Notes: a model not told the origin generated them from the letters alone. 64,000 nt of DNA from a bacterium (GCA_018814885.1 JAHIYU010000072.1:2211-66210), one strand, 5' to 3'. Positions 26,415 to 38,200 are shown, counted from the first letter of the stretch. Program-made: numbers and translations.

Positions 26415-29000
26415 ATGGTGGCCGCCATCACTCGCGGTCGAGACGAGCCACCACCCTCCGGAGCGACGAAGCGCATGCCATCCCAGAGCAGGACCGGGAC
26501 CGCCGCGGCCCGGACCGTCATCTTCCTGGCCGGTTTCACCTTCCTGCTCTACGAGGTCAGCTGGCACCGCCTGCTGTCTCTGGTGCTGGGCGCGACCGTC
26601 ACCGCCGCCACCATCGTCCTGGCCGCCTTCATGGCCGGCTTCGGGGCGGGAGCCTACATCCTGGGCCGCGCCGCCGACCGCCGGCCCGGCCAGGGACGGA
26701 TGCTCGCCGTCCTCCTCGCAGGCCTCGGCCTCTTCAACGCGCTCGACTACGTCCTGATCACCCGGACGATCCCCCGGCTCTACGCGTCGCTCGCGGGCGG
26801 CGGCCTGTCCCCCGGCGCGACAGAAACGCTGGTCTTCGCCTTCGCGGCGCTGCTGCTTTTCGTGCCGGCGTTCCTGATGGGCGGGGTCTTTCCGCTGATC
26901 AGCAAGGCCGCGCTCGGCGGCGGCGGGTCGATCACGACGATCCTGGGCCGGCTCTACGCCCTGGAGACACTGGGCAGCGCCGTCGGCGGGCTGGTGACGG
27001 GCTTCGTGCTGCTGGGCGTGCTCGGCCAGCGCGACACGATCTTCCTGGCGGTCGCCGCCAACCTGGCGCTGGGATCCTGGGTGCTCGCCTCCGGCGCGTT
27101 CGGCCGGGCGGCCGAGCCGGCGCCGTAGACCGAACCGCACAAGACCGGCCGCAAGGCGCGCAAGACGGTCAAGGCCGATCCCGCGGCGCTCAGGGCCACG
27201 GCCCTGGTCGGCGCCTTCGCCTGCGGTTTCTGCATCCTGGCCCTGCAGGTGCTCTGGCTGCGCATGTTCCGCATCTACCTGACCAACACCAGCTACACCT
27301 TCGCCCTGATCACGTCGCTGGTCATCCTGGGCATGTGCGCCGGCAGTTCGATTTTCGCTCGGCGCGGCCGGGGCATCGTGGATCGCCAGAGGTCCATGTA
27401 CCGGGTCCTGCTGCTGCTGTGCGTCGCGACGGGACTGGGCCTGCTGCTGCTGGTCAAGCTGCCGGAAGTCCTGATGTTCCCCTTCCAGTCCGTGCTGGGC
27501 AGCCCGCTGGCGCGGGTGCTGCTGCTGCCCTGCGTCGCCGCCCTGCTGATCGTCTTCCCGCCCGCGGTCTGCTCCGGCTTCGCGTTCCCCCTGGCCTGCC
27601 GCATGTACACCGCGGGCCGCGGCAGCATCGGCGGGGACGTCGGCGTCGTGCTGATGGTCAACACGGCCGGCGCGGTGCTCGGTCCGGTCGCCGCCGCCTT
27701 CGTCCTGCTGCCGACCCTCGGCGCCGGCCTGTCGGTGCTGCTGGTCGTCGCACTGCTGGCCGGCGCGGCCCTGTACTCGCTCCATCGCCGCAAGCCCACC
27801 CGCGGCGCGGACATCGCAAGGCCCGCGCTGGTCACCGTGCTGGCCGTGCTGGTCGTGGTGATCGTGGTGGGCCCGGACATCCGCATCCTGCCGCCCTCGT
27901 TCAGCCGCTTCGACCGCGACGTGCTGTTCTACCGGGAATCGGTCGAGGGCACGCTATCGGTGGGGCGGGACCGGGGCGCGCGCACGGAATCGAAGTACAC
28001 CTTCGTCAACAACAGCGCCGTGATCGGATCGACCTACGACGCCATCAAGGTCGTCAAGATGGTCGGCCACTTCCCGTTCCTGCTGGGGCTCGACTGCCGG
28101 GACGTGCTGGTGATCGGCTTCGGCATCGGAGTGACCACCTCGGCCATCGCCTCGCATCCCGAGGTGGCGTCGATCACCTGCGTGGAGCTGGTGACGGGGC
28201 TGAAGGACGCGGCGGTCTACTATCGCGACCTGAACCGGAACGTGACGGCCGACCCGCGCCTGGAGATCGTCTCCGGCGACGGGCGGCATTACCTGCAGCG
28301 GACGCCCGACACGTACGACCTGATCTCCTGCGACCCGACCCACCCCATCCTGGGCTCGGGCAACCTCTACACGCGGGAGTACTTCGCCCTGTGCCGCGCG
28401 CACCTCAACCCCGGCGGCATGGTGTCGCAGTACCTGCCCCTGCACAAGCTGCGCACCGAGGAGCTGATGGGCCTGATCGCCACCTTCCGCGACGTCTTCC
28501 CCCACAGCACGGTCTGGCTCGGCCACTACCACGCCGTCCTGCTGGGCGCGCTCGATCCCCTCGCGGTGGATTTCGCGGCGTGGTCGCAACGGGTCGCGGC
28601 GCTCGGCCAGGACGCGCATTTCTACGTCGATCCCCATCACCTCGCGGCGACCCTAGTGCTGGACGGCGCCAGGATCGCCGAGCTGACACCCGGGCCCTGG
28701 CTCAACACGGACGACCGCTCCTACACCGAGTTCTTCGCGCCGGCGTGCCTGGACGAGGGGAACGTCGCCCGCAACCTGCGCTACCTGCTGGACAACCGCT
28801 GCGGCGTCGACGCGGTCTTCCGCGGGATCGGCGACTCCGGCCGCATGGAACGCTTCGTCGAGGGCAACCGTCTGCTGGGGGAGAGTCTCTACCTGAAGTT
28901 CGCCGGCGACGTCCGGGGCAGCCTGCAGGCCTTGCAGCGCGCCTGCGAAGCGAATCCGGAGGACCAGGAGTATCCGTTCCTGATCAAGCTGGATTACTGA
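26415..29000 (+). pseudogene. Fused MFS / spermidine-synthase family membrane protein (polyamine aminopropyltransferase-like) interrupted by a single in-frame TAG at 27126..27128
   Basis: ORFs 26415..27128 and 27249..29000 are in the same frame (834 nt apart). The 120 nt between them also read open, and a TM helix (ALVGAFACGFCILALQVLWL) runs across the second ORF's Met. N-terminus FLLYEVSWHRLLSLVLGAT is the family hallmark. The C-terminal Spermine_synth fold carries a GxG(xG)-type SAM-binding motif (DVLVIGFGIG) and DLISCDPTHP. Confidence 0.55.
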
Positions 29001-29007
29001 GCGGGAT

Positions 29008-30351
29008 CTACTTCACCAGGGAGATGAGCGCGGCGGACGACCCGGCGCGCGTCACCGCCCGCGCGAGATAGCTCCCGGACGGCGCCGTCCCGCCGCCGCC
29101 GATGTCACCGTCCCACACCAGGTCGATGGTTCCGGTGGTCGATACGTCGTCCCACAAGCACCGGATCATGCGTCCGTGCAGATCGTAGATGGCCACTTTC
29201 ACGCGCGCCGGCGCGTCGATCCGCACCGGGATCGTCACCCGCGGATTCCCCGGGTTAGGGAACGGCGGCAGCAGGTTCACCATGCCCGCGACCGGCGGCG
29301 CGTCGCCGGCCCCCACGCTCGGATCGTCCCACCGCCCGACGTGCCGGCTGGGCAGACCCCCCGCGTACCCGAACGCGCCGCCGGCGAAGACGGCGCCGCC
29401 CAGGCCCGCCACCGCGCGCACCATGTCGTTCACGCCGTCGCCCAGGGGTCCCCAGCCGCCGCCGTCCAGCAGGCCGATGCGGTTCATCAGCGTGCCGCCG
29501 GAGCCGGTGATGTCGCCGCCGGCGACCAGGCGGCCGCTCCACTCGTCCAGGGCGATCACGAACGCCCCGTCCAGGCCGCCGCCGGGGGCGTACCAGGCGG
29601 CGCCGGTCCAGCCCGCGACCAGATGGCCCGGGGAGGAGAAGACGCCGCCCGCGACCAGGTCGTCGCCGTGGGGTGACAGGGCGTAGACGGTGCCGTTGGT
29701 CCCGGAACCGACGGGCGCCCACGCGACCCCCTCCCAGCACGCGAGGTTGGCGGCCGCGACGGCGCCGCCGCCGGGGTTGGTGATCGACGCGAAGGCGCCG
29801 CCCGCGTAGAGCGCGCCGCCGCAGGAAACCAGGGCGAAGACGTCGCCCGCGAACCCCGCGCCGGTGACCGCCGACCAGGCCAGCCCGTCCCACCGTGCCA
29901 CGTAGCCGCTGCCGCCCGCGTAGAGGTCGCCGTCGTGCTCGGCGAGGGACAGGACGTATCCCCACGTCCAGGCCGCGGGCAGGCCCACCGGCGACCACTG
30001 CTGTCCGTCCCAGCTCGCGACGTACTCCACGGTAACGCCGCCAGCTTCGGTGAAGCGTCCGCCGGCGATCAGTTCATCCTTGTGGGAGCAGAGGGCGTCG
30101 ACGCGGTTGTTCGTGCCCGTGTCCAGGTCGTGCCAGGCGGTGCTGTCCCAGCGCGCCACGTACCGGGCCGCGACGCCGCCCGCGTCGTTGAAGCTGCCGC
30201 CGGCGAAGAGGTCGCCGTCGTGCACGTGCAGGACGCGCACCACATCGTCGACGCCCTGTCCGGCCGGGGGGGCGGCGAACCCCTCCCACCAGCCGCACCG
30301 CGCGGCCGGGGCGTACAGGATGAGGGCGAGCAGTGCGACGGCGAATCTCAT
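29008..30351 (-). CDS. Secreted repeat (beta-propeller-like, W-D-G-x-x-W repeats) protein with C-terminal FlgD-Ig-like / T9SS-type sorting domain
   Basis: Signal peptide MRFAVALLALILYAPAARC. Seven or more roughly 45-aa repeats (YVARWDSTAWH, YVASWDGQQWSPVG, YVARWDGLAWSAV...). Tail LLPPFPNPGNPRVTIPV...YLARAVTRAGSSAALISLVK. Confidence 0.6.
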   Translation of the reverse strand: MRFAVALLALILYAPAARCGWWEGFAAPPAGQGVDDVVRVLHVHDGDLFAGGSFNDAGGVAARYVARWDSTAWHDLDTGTNNRVDALCSHKDELIAGGRFTEAGGVTVEYVASWDGQQWSPVGLPAAWTWGYVLSLAEHDGDLYAGGSGYVARWDGLAWSAVTGAGFAGDVFALVSCGGALYAGGAFASITNPGGGAVAAANLACWEGVAWAPVGSGTNGTVYALSPHGDDLVAGGVFSSPGHLVAGWTGAAWYAPGGGLDGAFVIALDEWSGRLVAGGDITGSGGTLMNRIGLLDGGGWGPLGDGVNDMVRAVAGLGGAVFAGGAFGYAGGLPSRHVGRWDDPSVGAGDAPPVAGMVNLLPPFPNPGNPRVTIPVRIDAPARVKVAIYDLHGRMIRCLWDDVSTTGTIDLVWDGDIGGGGTAPSGSYLARAVTRAGSSAALISLVK

Positions 30352-30431
30352 GGGGCTCCGTTTCGGGATCGCGTCGGGAGAGGATAGCATAGACCAGAGG
30401 CGCCGGGAGACGAAGGAAGGAAAGGGCGGGG

Positions 30432-32177
30432 TCAAATGTACGCGTTGCAGCGGGCGAGCAGTTCGCGCGCCGTGGCGAGCAGGGCCGCCCTCTCCTCCGG
30501 GGCCAGCCCGACGGCCGTCCTTATCCGGTTCAAGAAGTCGCCCGCGTTGCGCCGCAGGGCTTCGGGGGACGCCGGCAGCTGGGTCTCGTCGAACACGAAG
30601 GCCATGGTGCGGCGGGAATTGCGCATGCCCCGAGCGAGATGTCCGACCGCCTCGTCGTGGCGCCCATGGGCGATCTCGGTCAGCGTCTGGTAGATGAAGG
30701 CCTGCGGCACGGGCCCCCAGAAGAGCAGTCGGGGTCCCGCGTCGGCGAAGACCAGGGCGTCCAGGGGGACGTCCTCCAGGCGGCGTACCCAGGCCACGCC
30801 CCGCTCGCCGGCGCCGAAGACCTCGAGTCCGAGTTCACCGGCGAGCGCTGCGTACAGGACCGTCGGCAAGGGCAGATCGTCCGGCGCGGCGAGGCGGTCG
30901 CGCCTGCGGCCGGCGTCCTCGACCTGCAGGATGACGATCCGCCGGGACCGGTCGGCGTCGAACGAATCGAGGAGACGCAGCGCCTCGTGGGAGACGGCCG
31001 TGTGCAGGACCAGCGGGTCGGTGGGGTGCCCGTCGACGCCCCGGGCGGAGAGTCGGGCCTCGAACGCCGTCCAGCCCGCGGCCGCGGCGACGACCGCCAG
31101 GCACGCCGCCACGAGCGGGCGGAGTCGGCGGCGGACGCCCAGCAAGAGCTGGCCCAGCAGCAGAGCGACCGGCGCGAAGGCCAGGTAGGCCAACCGGGGT
31201 TCGACGCGGAATTCCACGGTCAGGACCGGGGCCAGGGACAGCAGGGCGGCCGCCAGCCAGGCGGCGGGACGCCTGTCGCCGGCGCGCCACCGATGCCGGG
31301 ACCAGAACATCCAGAGGGTCCACACCAGCAGGCCGGCCGCGAGCGCGGGCAGGTTGCCGTCCGGCACGAAGAAGGGCCACGGCGTCGCCAGCCACCAGCC
31401 GAAGGTGACCAGGTTCATCGGCAAAGCGGACAGGGGGTCCAGCACGTAGCCCGTGCCCGCGCCGTGGGGGAAGCCGCGCCACAGCAGCAGGGACTCGCCC
31501 GCGGCGGCGGCCGCCAGCACGACCGCGACGACCAGACGCCGGCGACGGCGGTCCCGCGCCCCCCCCCAGGCGAGCGGCCCCGCGAACAGGGGCAGGCACA
31601 GCGCGTTCTCCTTGGCGAAGATCGCCAGCACACCGGCGAGGGCACCGATGAAGAGGGCCCCCTTGCCGCCGGCCAGCAGGCGCTCGACCGCCAGCAGCAC
31701 CAGCGTGGCGCCCAGCAGTTCCTGCACGCCGGCGGCCCAGTAGAGGGGGGCGAACGCGAGGGGTGTGGCCGCGAACAGGAGTCCGGCCAGCAGGGCGGCC
31801 GGAGCGGACAGGCCGCAACGCCGGGCGATGCGTCTCACCAGGACGGCGGCGGCGGCGTGCAGCAGCAGCCGGGTCCAGGCCCAGGGGTCCGTCGCCAGGC
31901 CGAAGACGGGGTACAGCAATCGCCAGTACAGGACCTGGCTGACCGCGCGCGCGGGGAAGCCGTCGCCCCCGAGCAGGCCGGAGGCGCGGGCGAGCAGGGT
32001 CCAGTCGTCGCGGTTCCAGAAGGCGCCGAGGGCGGGCAGACGGCCCAGGACGGCGGCGGCCAGCACCAGCAGCGCGTCGCGTTGGGAGTCTGCGGCGACC
32101 GCGGTGCCGGTCTGGCGCGAATCCTGGATTCCGAAGCTGTCCGGCTTCTCCGGCAAGGTCACCTCCGACCATGACAA
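30432..32177 (-). CDS. Polytopic membrane protein, possibly a GT-C-fold glycosyltransferase (ArnT/PMT-like), with a C-terminal soluble domain
   Basis: About 11 TM helices in the first ~330 aa with an early NRDDW loop motif, then a ~230-aa soluble domain. Family assignment is tentative. Confidence 0.35.
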   Translation of the reverse strand: MSWSEVTLPEKPDSFGIQDSRQTGTAVAADSQRDALLVLAAAVLGRLPALGAFWNRDDWTLLARASGLLGGDGFPARAVSQVLYWRLLYPVFGLATDPWAWTRLLLHAAAAVLVRRIARRCGLSAPAALLAGLLFAATPLAFAPLYWAAGVQELLGATLVLLAVERLLAGGKGALFIGALAGVLAIFAKENALCLPLFAGPLAWGGARDRRRRRLVVAVVLAAAAAGESLLLWRGFPHGAGTGYVLDPLSALPMNLVTFGWWLATPWPFFVPDGNLPALAAGLLVWTLWMFWSRHRWRAGDRRPAAWLAAALLSLAPVLTVEFRVEPRLAYLAFAPVALLLGQLLLGVRRRLRPLVAACLAVVAAAAGWTAFEARLSARGVDGHPTDPLVLHTAVSHEALRLLDSFDADRSRRIVILQVEDAGRRRDRLAAPDDLPLPTVLYAALAGELGLEVFGAGERGVAWVRRLEDVPLDALVFADAGPRLLFWGPVPQAFIYQTLTEIAHGRHDEAVGHLARGMRNSRRTMAFVFDETQLPASPEALRRNAGDFLNRIRTAVGLAPEERAALLATARELLARCNAYI

Positions 32178-32305
32178 ACCCGTGCGGTGTATGCTATCTT
32201 GTCGCCTCGGTCGTATCCGCTCGCACAGAGCGGGAATCTAACCCGGATCAATGACGAAGGGAAGCGGCGGTCGCGCGCGTTTCCCGTCGACGAGGTGAAC
32301 CAGAA

Positions 32306-32959
32306 ATGAAGCGTACCCACGCTCTTTGGACGATCGCGTGCCTCTGCAGCCTGGCCGTCGTGGGCGGTTGCGGCGAACGGGCGCCCGGACCGGTGACCAT
32401 GGACGACGCGGAGCAGGAAGCCTGGGAGATCCGTCTGGTCGAGATGCGCATCGACAAGAACGAGCGCTTCACCGACCCGGAACAGACCCCGTTGATGGAG
32501 CAGGACCTGCCCGGCTTCGAGGGGCTCAACTACTACTACCCCGTGCCCGAATTGCGTTTCCGCGTGCCCTTCGTGGAGACGGCCGCCGCCGACACGGTGA
32601 CGCTGGTCAAGCGCCAGGGCGAATCGGTGAGATACCTGCGCAAGGGCCACGTCGCTTTCAAGCACGAAGGGTCCGTCTACAAGCTCCAGGCCTTCGGCCC
32701 GGTGGGCGCCGCGCCGGACGGCGATTATCTCTGGCTGCCCTTCTACGACGAGACGTCGGGGGAGGAGACCTTCGGCGGCGGTCGCTACCTGGACCTCGAG
32801 GTCGACGACGAGGGCATCGCGGAACTGGACTTCAACTTCGCCTACAACCCCCTCTGCGACTACAACCACGAACGCTACAACTGCACCCTGCCGCCCGAGG
32901 AGAACCGCCTGGAGATCCCCGTGCGCGCCGGCGAGAAGCTCTTCCGCCTGGAGGAATGA
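32306..32959 (+). CDS. DUF1684 domain lipoprotein
   Basis: Lipobox VVGGC. Motifs ETFGGGRYLDL and FNFAYNPLCDYN...YNCTLPP are characteristic of DUF1684. Confidence 0.75.
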   Translation: MKRTHALWTIACLCSLAVVGGCGERAPGPVTMDDAEQEAWEIRLVEMRIDKNERFTDPEQTPLMEQDLPGFEGLNYYYPVPELRFRVPFVETAAADTVTLVKRQGESVRYLRKGHVAFKHEGSVYKLQAFGPVGAAPDGDYLWLPFYDETSGEETFGGGRYLDLEVDDEGIAELDFNFAYNPLCDYNHERYNCTLPPEENRLEIPVRAGEKLFRLEE

Positions 32960-32969
32960 CAAGGACGCC

Positions 32970-33515
32970 GTGGAGGCCGTGCTGGACACGTTGGGCGACA
33001 TCGGCGTCTGGATCGCCTTCGGGGTCTGGACGATGCTGCTGCTCTGCGGCGCGCTGATGACGATCCTCGGCCTGAGCGGCAACTTCATCATCGTCGGTCT
33101 GGGGCTCGTCCACGCGCTGGTGACCGGCTTCGATCCCATCTCCTGGCAACTGCTGCTGCTGCTGCTCGGCCTGGCCATCGTCGGCGAGGTGGTCGAATCC
33201 GTGCTCGGGGTCGTCTACGTGGCGCGCAAGGGCGCCACGCGTTACGGCGTGCTGGGGGCGTTCCTGGGCGGTCTGGCGGGCGCGGCGCTGGGCAGCGGCG
33301 TCGTGCCGGTGATCGGCACGGTCGTCGGCAGCTTCGTCGGCGCTTTTGCCGGGGCGGTGGCGGGGGAGTACCTGCGGGAGCGGCGGACCGACGCCAGCGT
33401 GCGCATCGGCTGGCACGCCTTCGCCGGCAAGATGCTGGCCAGCGGCTTCAAGTTCGCCCTGGCTTTGGCCATGATCGCGCTGCTGCTGCAGCGGGCGTGG
33501 CCGGGCTCGGCCTGA
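32970..33515 (+). CDS. DUF456 family membrane protein
   Basis: Four TM helices. Gly-rich GAFLGGLAGAALGSG...GSFVGAFAGAVAGE pattern typical of DUF456. Confidence 0.7.
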   Translation: MEAVLDTLGDIGVWIAFGVWTMLLLCGALMTILGLSGNFIIVGLGLVHALVTGFDPISWQLLLLLLGLAIVGEVVESVLGVVYVARKGATRYGVLGAFLGGLAGAALGSGVVPVIGTVVGSFVGAFAGAVAGEYLRERRTDASVRIGWHAFAGKMLASGFKFALALAMIALLLQRAWPGSA

Positions 33516-34589
33516 TCACTCCGACGACACGCCCGCCGCCCCGTAGGCCATCTGCTCGGTGGCCGCGACGCCCCAGCCTTCCCTTCCCACGGCGATCAGC
33601 CCCAGCGACCAGTCCTCCGGGAAATTCGCCACACCCCTCTCGACCGCCTCCCGCGCCGACAGGCCGTCGGCCAGCCAGCCGTAGACCGTGCGGGCCATGG
33701 CCGCGCGGATGATCTCCTCGCCGTGCCCCGTGCAGGCCACCGCGCCCGCGGGGCCGGCGAAGCAGCCGCAGCCGTAGATGGGCACGTCGCCCACGCGTCC
33801 GTTCAGGGTGATCGAGGTGCCGCCGGTGGACAGGGTGGCCGCGAAGGAGCCGTCGGCGGCGCGGGTCACCGTGCCGACGGTGTCGAAGATGTCGCGGGGG
33901 GTCAGGGGCAGGCCGGTATCGGGGTCGGCCTCTTCGGCGGGCAGCGACGGCGGGGGGCCGGGGAAATTCCAGGCCCGCCGCCAGTCGAAGGTGTCGTAGC
34001 CGCCGCCCGCCTCGCCGCGCAGCAGCCTGGCGATGCGCTGGCGATACTTGGCTGCGGCCTGTTCGCAGGTGGGCGTCTCGTCGGCGAAGCCCATGGCGTG
34101 GGCGAAGCGCGTGGCGCCGTCGCCGGCCAGCAGGCGGTGCGGCGTGTCGAGCACCGCCCGCGCCACCAGGATGGGATTGCGCACGTGTTCGATCACCGCC
34201 ACCGCCGCGAACGCGCCGTCGGAGGTCATCAGGGCCGCGTCCATCTGGATGGTGCGCCCGTCGAGGCGGATGTTGGCGCCGGTGCCGGCGTTCAGCAGCG
34301 GGTTGTCCTCCAGGACCAGGGTGCCGACCAGGGCGCCGGCTAGCGCGTCGCCGGTCGCCGCGGTCTCGGCCAGGGCGGCTCCCGCGGCCGACTGGATGTC
34401 CTCGGTCCAGGTCGAAGGCGACCCGACGCCGCCGTGGGTCACGGCGAGGGGGCCGTCGCGATCCTGCCCTCCGGCGAGCAGGACCACCTCGCGGCCGCCC
34501 GGATACCGGTCATCGTGGGAGTCGCCGCAGCCGCACAGCGACGCGGCGGTCGCCAGCAACAGCGAGAAGACGAACGGGCGGGGTCTCAT
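33516..34589 (-). CDS. Isoaspartyl peptidase / L-asparaginase (Ntn-hydrolase, plant-type asparaginase family) lipoprotein
   Basis: Lipobox SLCGCG. Autoproteolysis / active-site block DTVGTV (Thr nucleophile). GRVGDVPIYGCG block. AGGAGA RBS before ATG 34589. Confidence 0.8.
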   Translation of the reverse strand: MRPRPFVFSLLLATAASLCGCGDSHDDRYPGGREVVLLAGGQDRDGPLAVTHGGVGSPSTWTEDIQSAAGAALAETAATGDALAGALVGTLVLEDNPLLNAGTGANIRLDGRTIQMDAALMTSDGAFAAVAVIEHVRNPILVARAVLDTPHRLLAGDGATRFAHAMGFADETPTCEQAAAKYRQRIARLLRGEAGGGYDTFDWRRAWNFPGPPPSLPAEEADPDTGLPLTPRDIFDTVGTVTRAADGSFAATLSTGGTSITLNGRVGDVPIYGCGCFAGPAGAVACTGHGEEIIRAAMARTVYGWLADGLSAREAVERGVANFPEDWSLGLIAVGREGWGVAATEQMAYGAAGVSSE

Positions 34590-34597
34590 GGGGTCTC

Positions 34598-35200
34598 CTA
34601 CGGTTCGATGTTCAGGGCGAGGGTCAGGCTGGTCAGCGAGGCCCAAACTTCCAGGTCGCGCGTGGCGAAGGCGGCGTGCGAGATCTGAGGCGACAGCGAA
34701 AGCGCGCCGCCGAGGTGCAGTTCGTAGCCGCAGGCCAGCAGGTAACAGGTGCCGGTGTCGTGCATGATCTCCTGGCGGCCGCGTTCCAGGTAGTCGAGGC
34801 GGGCCGAGCCCAGGCCGTAACCCAGGCGTGCGAACAGGCCGCCTCGCCAGGGATGCCAGGTGACGGCCACGGCCGCGGTGATCAGATCGAGACGCGCCGA
34901 GGCGAGATCGTCGTCGGCCCGTCGCGACCAGGCGAGCAGCTCGACGCCGACGGTCAGATCGTCGAGCAGCCTGCAGCCGGCGCCCAGCTGCAGGGACGTG
35001 CCCGCCTCCCGGTCGTCCAGCCGCGGGATGCGGGCGTAATCGTCGTAGAGGCGCAGCACGTTGTCGGCCGTCCGACCCCAGCCCACGCCGGCTCCCAGCA
35101 CGAACAGCACGCCGGGGCCGCCGTCCGCCTCGATCGGCGCGGGCGCGCTCCGGGCGAAGGACGCGATCGACAGCAAGATCATCAGCAGGCACGTGCGCAT
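34598..35200 (-). CDS. Small secreted beta-rich protein, possibly an 8-strand outer-membrane barrel
   Basis: Signal peptide MRTCLLMILLSIASFARSAPA. About 180 aa with an alternating hydrophobic pattern. Stop lies 9 nt upstream of the asparaginase start. Confidence 0.4.
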   Translation of the reverse strand: MRTCLLMILLSIASFARSAPAPIEADGGPGVLFVLGAGVGWGRTADNVLRLYDDYARIPRLDDREAGTSLQLGAGCRLLDDLTVGVELLAWSRRADDDLASARLDLITAAVAVTWHPWRGGLFARLGYGLGSARLDYLERGRQEIMHDTGTCYLLACGYELHLGGALSLSPQISHAAFATRDLEVWASLTSLTLALNIEP

Positions 35201-35249
35201 CGGCCGATGCTAGGCGGTGGGGCGGGGCGCGTCAATCGGCGCGGTCGAC

Positions 35250-38200
35250 TCAGCGCCAGTTCCCGATGAGGATGAACGGCGCCCAGTAGTAAGGATGGGC
35301 GTAGTCGTCGCTGTTGCGCAGGGCGAGCTGGGCCTGCCGGAGCGCCTCGACCTTGGTCGTGCCGCCCTCGTGCAGGATGCGGTAGAGGTGCGTCATGAGC
35401 TGCGACGTGCTCTCGTCGTTGACCATCCACAGGCTGGCGATGACCGCCGCCGCGCCCGTCTGCTCGAAGTTGTAGGCCAGGCCGGCGATCTCCTTGCCCT
35501 CGCCGTGGTCGCCGACGGCCGTCTCGCAGGCCGAGAGCACGGCCAGGTCCACGTCGAAGAGTTCGAGCAGGACGATGTCGCGGAAGGTGAGGCGGGCGCT
35601 GTCGTCCTCGCCGGCCAGCACCAGGTAGGAAGCTTCGGGGCGATCGTTGAGCAGGACGCCGTGGGTGGCCAGGTGCAGGATGTTGTGGGTGCCGACCTCG
35701 TCGCGCAGCCGCGCCTTGGTGGCGTCCTCGCCGTAGACGGCCGTGACGGGCGCCGGCTGCCAGATCTCCTCCAGCTCGTTCACCTCGAGCTCGGCCCCGG
35801 CGAGCGTGCTGTCGGGGTTGCCGAAGGCGAGCAGGGCCGCGTCGGTCGGGACCGGCCGGCGCGATGTCAGCGTACCGGCCTGGGTCAGCACGCAGAGGCG
35901 ATAGCGTTCCAGCAGGTAGCGCTCGCCGTCGTAGAGGGCGGCGAAGGGGATGTAGCGCAGGCGCCCGCTCGGGCTGACGATCAGGGTCTCCACGCCGATC
36001 AGGTCGCCGGCCAGGGGGTCGATCAGCAGGGCGTGCAGCTCCCGCGCCGGTATGCTGGGATCGATACGCTCGGCTGGCGGCGCAGGCATGCCGGCCAGGC
36101 GCGCCGTGCGCGCGGTCTCCCAGTCGTCGTCGGGATGCTCCAGCCCGGCGCGCATCTCGCGGATCAGCTCGTCGACGCGAGCCTGTGCCACGGGCACCTC
36201 GCGGTAGATCAGCGGATCCTCGTCCCCGCGCACCACGAAGACGACGATCCGGTCGGGCAGGACCACCGGCTCCACGAAGGCCTCGGTCACGAGCAGGCCG
36301 CGCCGGAGCTGGTTGAAGGACACCGGCTCCACCTCCAGACGCTCGTAGGCCTGCGGGTGGTCGCGGCGCAGGGAGCGCGTGAAGTCGTGGAAGTGCAGCT
36401 TCAGGGAATCGATCTCCGTCTGCCAGACCGTGACGAGCTCCGGGCGCTGCTGCTCAACGGGCCGGGCCAGCTCCTCGCGCAGGAGGCGCACGAGGCGGGT
36501 CTCGTGGGAGCGCAGGCCCGCGGCCTCGTCCACCAGTGCCTGGTCGTCGTCGTTGAGGCGGGGGCCGCCGGCGCCCATCTCCCTGGCCTCCGAGGACTTC
36601 ATCAGGCCCAGGATCTCCCAGGCCTCCTCCTCGCGGCCGAGCTCCATCAGCACGTCGACCAGCTCGCGGTACACGTCCCCGTGCTTCTCCTGGAAGCCGC
36701 TGGCCACGTCCTCGTCTTCGATGCCCTGGCGCACCTGCTCCAGCGTGTCGATGGCCTCGCGGAAGGCGTCGACGGCGGGCTCGGGTTCGCCCCGGTCGCG
36801 CTGGATCCGGCCCAGGTAGAACAGGGGCTCCCACAGGAGGATCGGGTTGCGCATCTCGCGCAGCTGGGGGATGACCTCGCGCAGTCGCGACTCGGCTTCG
36901 GCGTGGCGGCCGCGCTTCCAGTCCACGGCGCCCAGCTTCGCGCCCATCTTCATGGTGGCCACGGTGGTGCCCATGGGTGCGGCGATCGTCAGGCCCTCCC
37001 GGATGGCCGTCGCCGCCTCGTCCAGCTCGTCCAGCTCGAAGAGCAGGTCCGCCCGGAAGATGTGCATGTCGATGATGCGCGGCGGCACGCCCACGCTCCG
37101 GGCCAGTTCCAGGCCGCGGTCGATCAGGTCCAGTGCCTCGTCGGTGCGGCCCAGTTCGTGGTAGCAGCGGGCCAGGTTGCCGGCGGTGATGGTCATGACG
37201 TCCACGTAGCCGATCCGCTCGCCGATCTCCAGGGCCTCGCGGAAGTGCTCCACGGCGGTTTCGCAGTCGCCCAGCTGGCGGTAGACGTCGCCCATGTTGT
37301 TGTGGGAGGCGGCCATGCCGTAGGGGTCGCCCCAGGCCTCGCGGATCTCCAGGGACAGGCGGTACAGGCCGAGGGAGTCTTCGTACAGGCCCTGGCCCCC
37401 GCGCGCCGAGCCCAGGGTGTTGTAGAGGTCGGCCAGCGCCCAGTCGTTGTCCTGTTCCTTGTAGATGTCGTAGGCGTCCTTGGCGGTCTGGAAGGCTATC
37501 TCCTCCTCCCCGTACAGGTGCTGCAACCAGGCCATGGCGCTCAGGATGCCCGCGACGCTGCCCTGCAGGTCGGCGGCCTCGGCGACGGCCATGGCCTCGG
37601 AGTAGGCGGCGACGGCCTCGTCGTAATCGCCGCGGGCGGCGTGGAGGCGCCCGAGTGCGGTCTGCGAGTCGGCGATGCCCGCCTGGTCCCCGGTCTCCCG
37701 GAAGAGGTCCAGGGCCGCGCGCATCCGCGCGAAGGCGTCGTCGATCCGGCCCGCATTGAACAGGCCCGTGGCGAGCATGGTCAGGGCCTGGGCCTCGTGC
37801 TGCTTGCTCGGCATGCTGCGGGCGATCTCCAGGGAGCGACCGGCGGCGGCGATGCCCGCCTCGTGGTCGCCGTCGAGACCGGTGTAGAGGTTGCTCAGGA
37901 CGCGCCAGATGTCCGCCTGGCCGCCGAGATTGCCGGCAGCCTCGCTCAGGGCCAGCGCGGTTTCGAGTTTGTCGCGGGCGGCAGCGGTCTCCTTGCGGCC
38001 GATGAGGCTGTAGCCCCACCACTCCAGCACCTTGGCCTCGCCGCCGGTGTCGCCCGCGCGGTGGTAGTCCGCCAGGGCCAGGGCGTAGACGCTGTCCGAC
38101 CGGGCGGGGTGCCCCATGCCCTCGTAGACCTCGGCGATCTCCAGCTCGGTCGCCGCGGCGTCCGCCGTCCAGTCGTCCCGGGCGAAGGTCTCCAGGGCCG

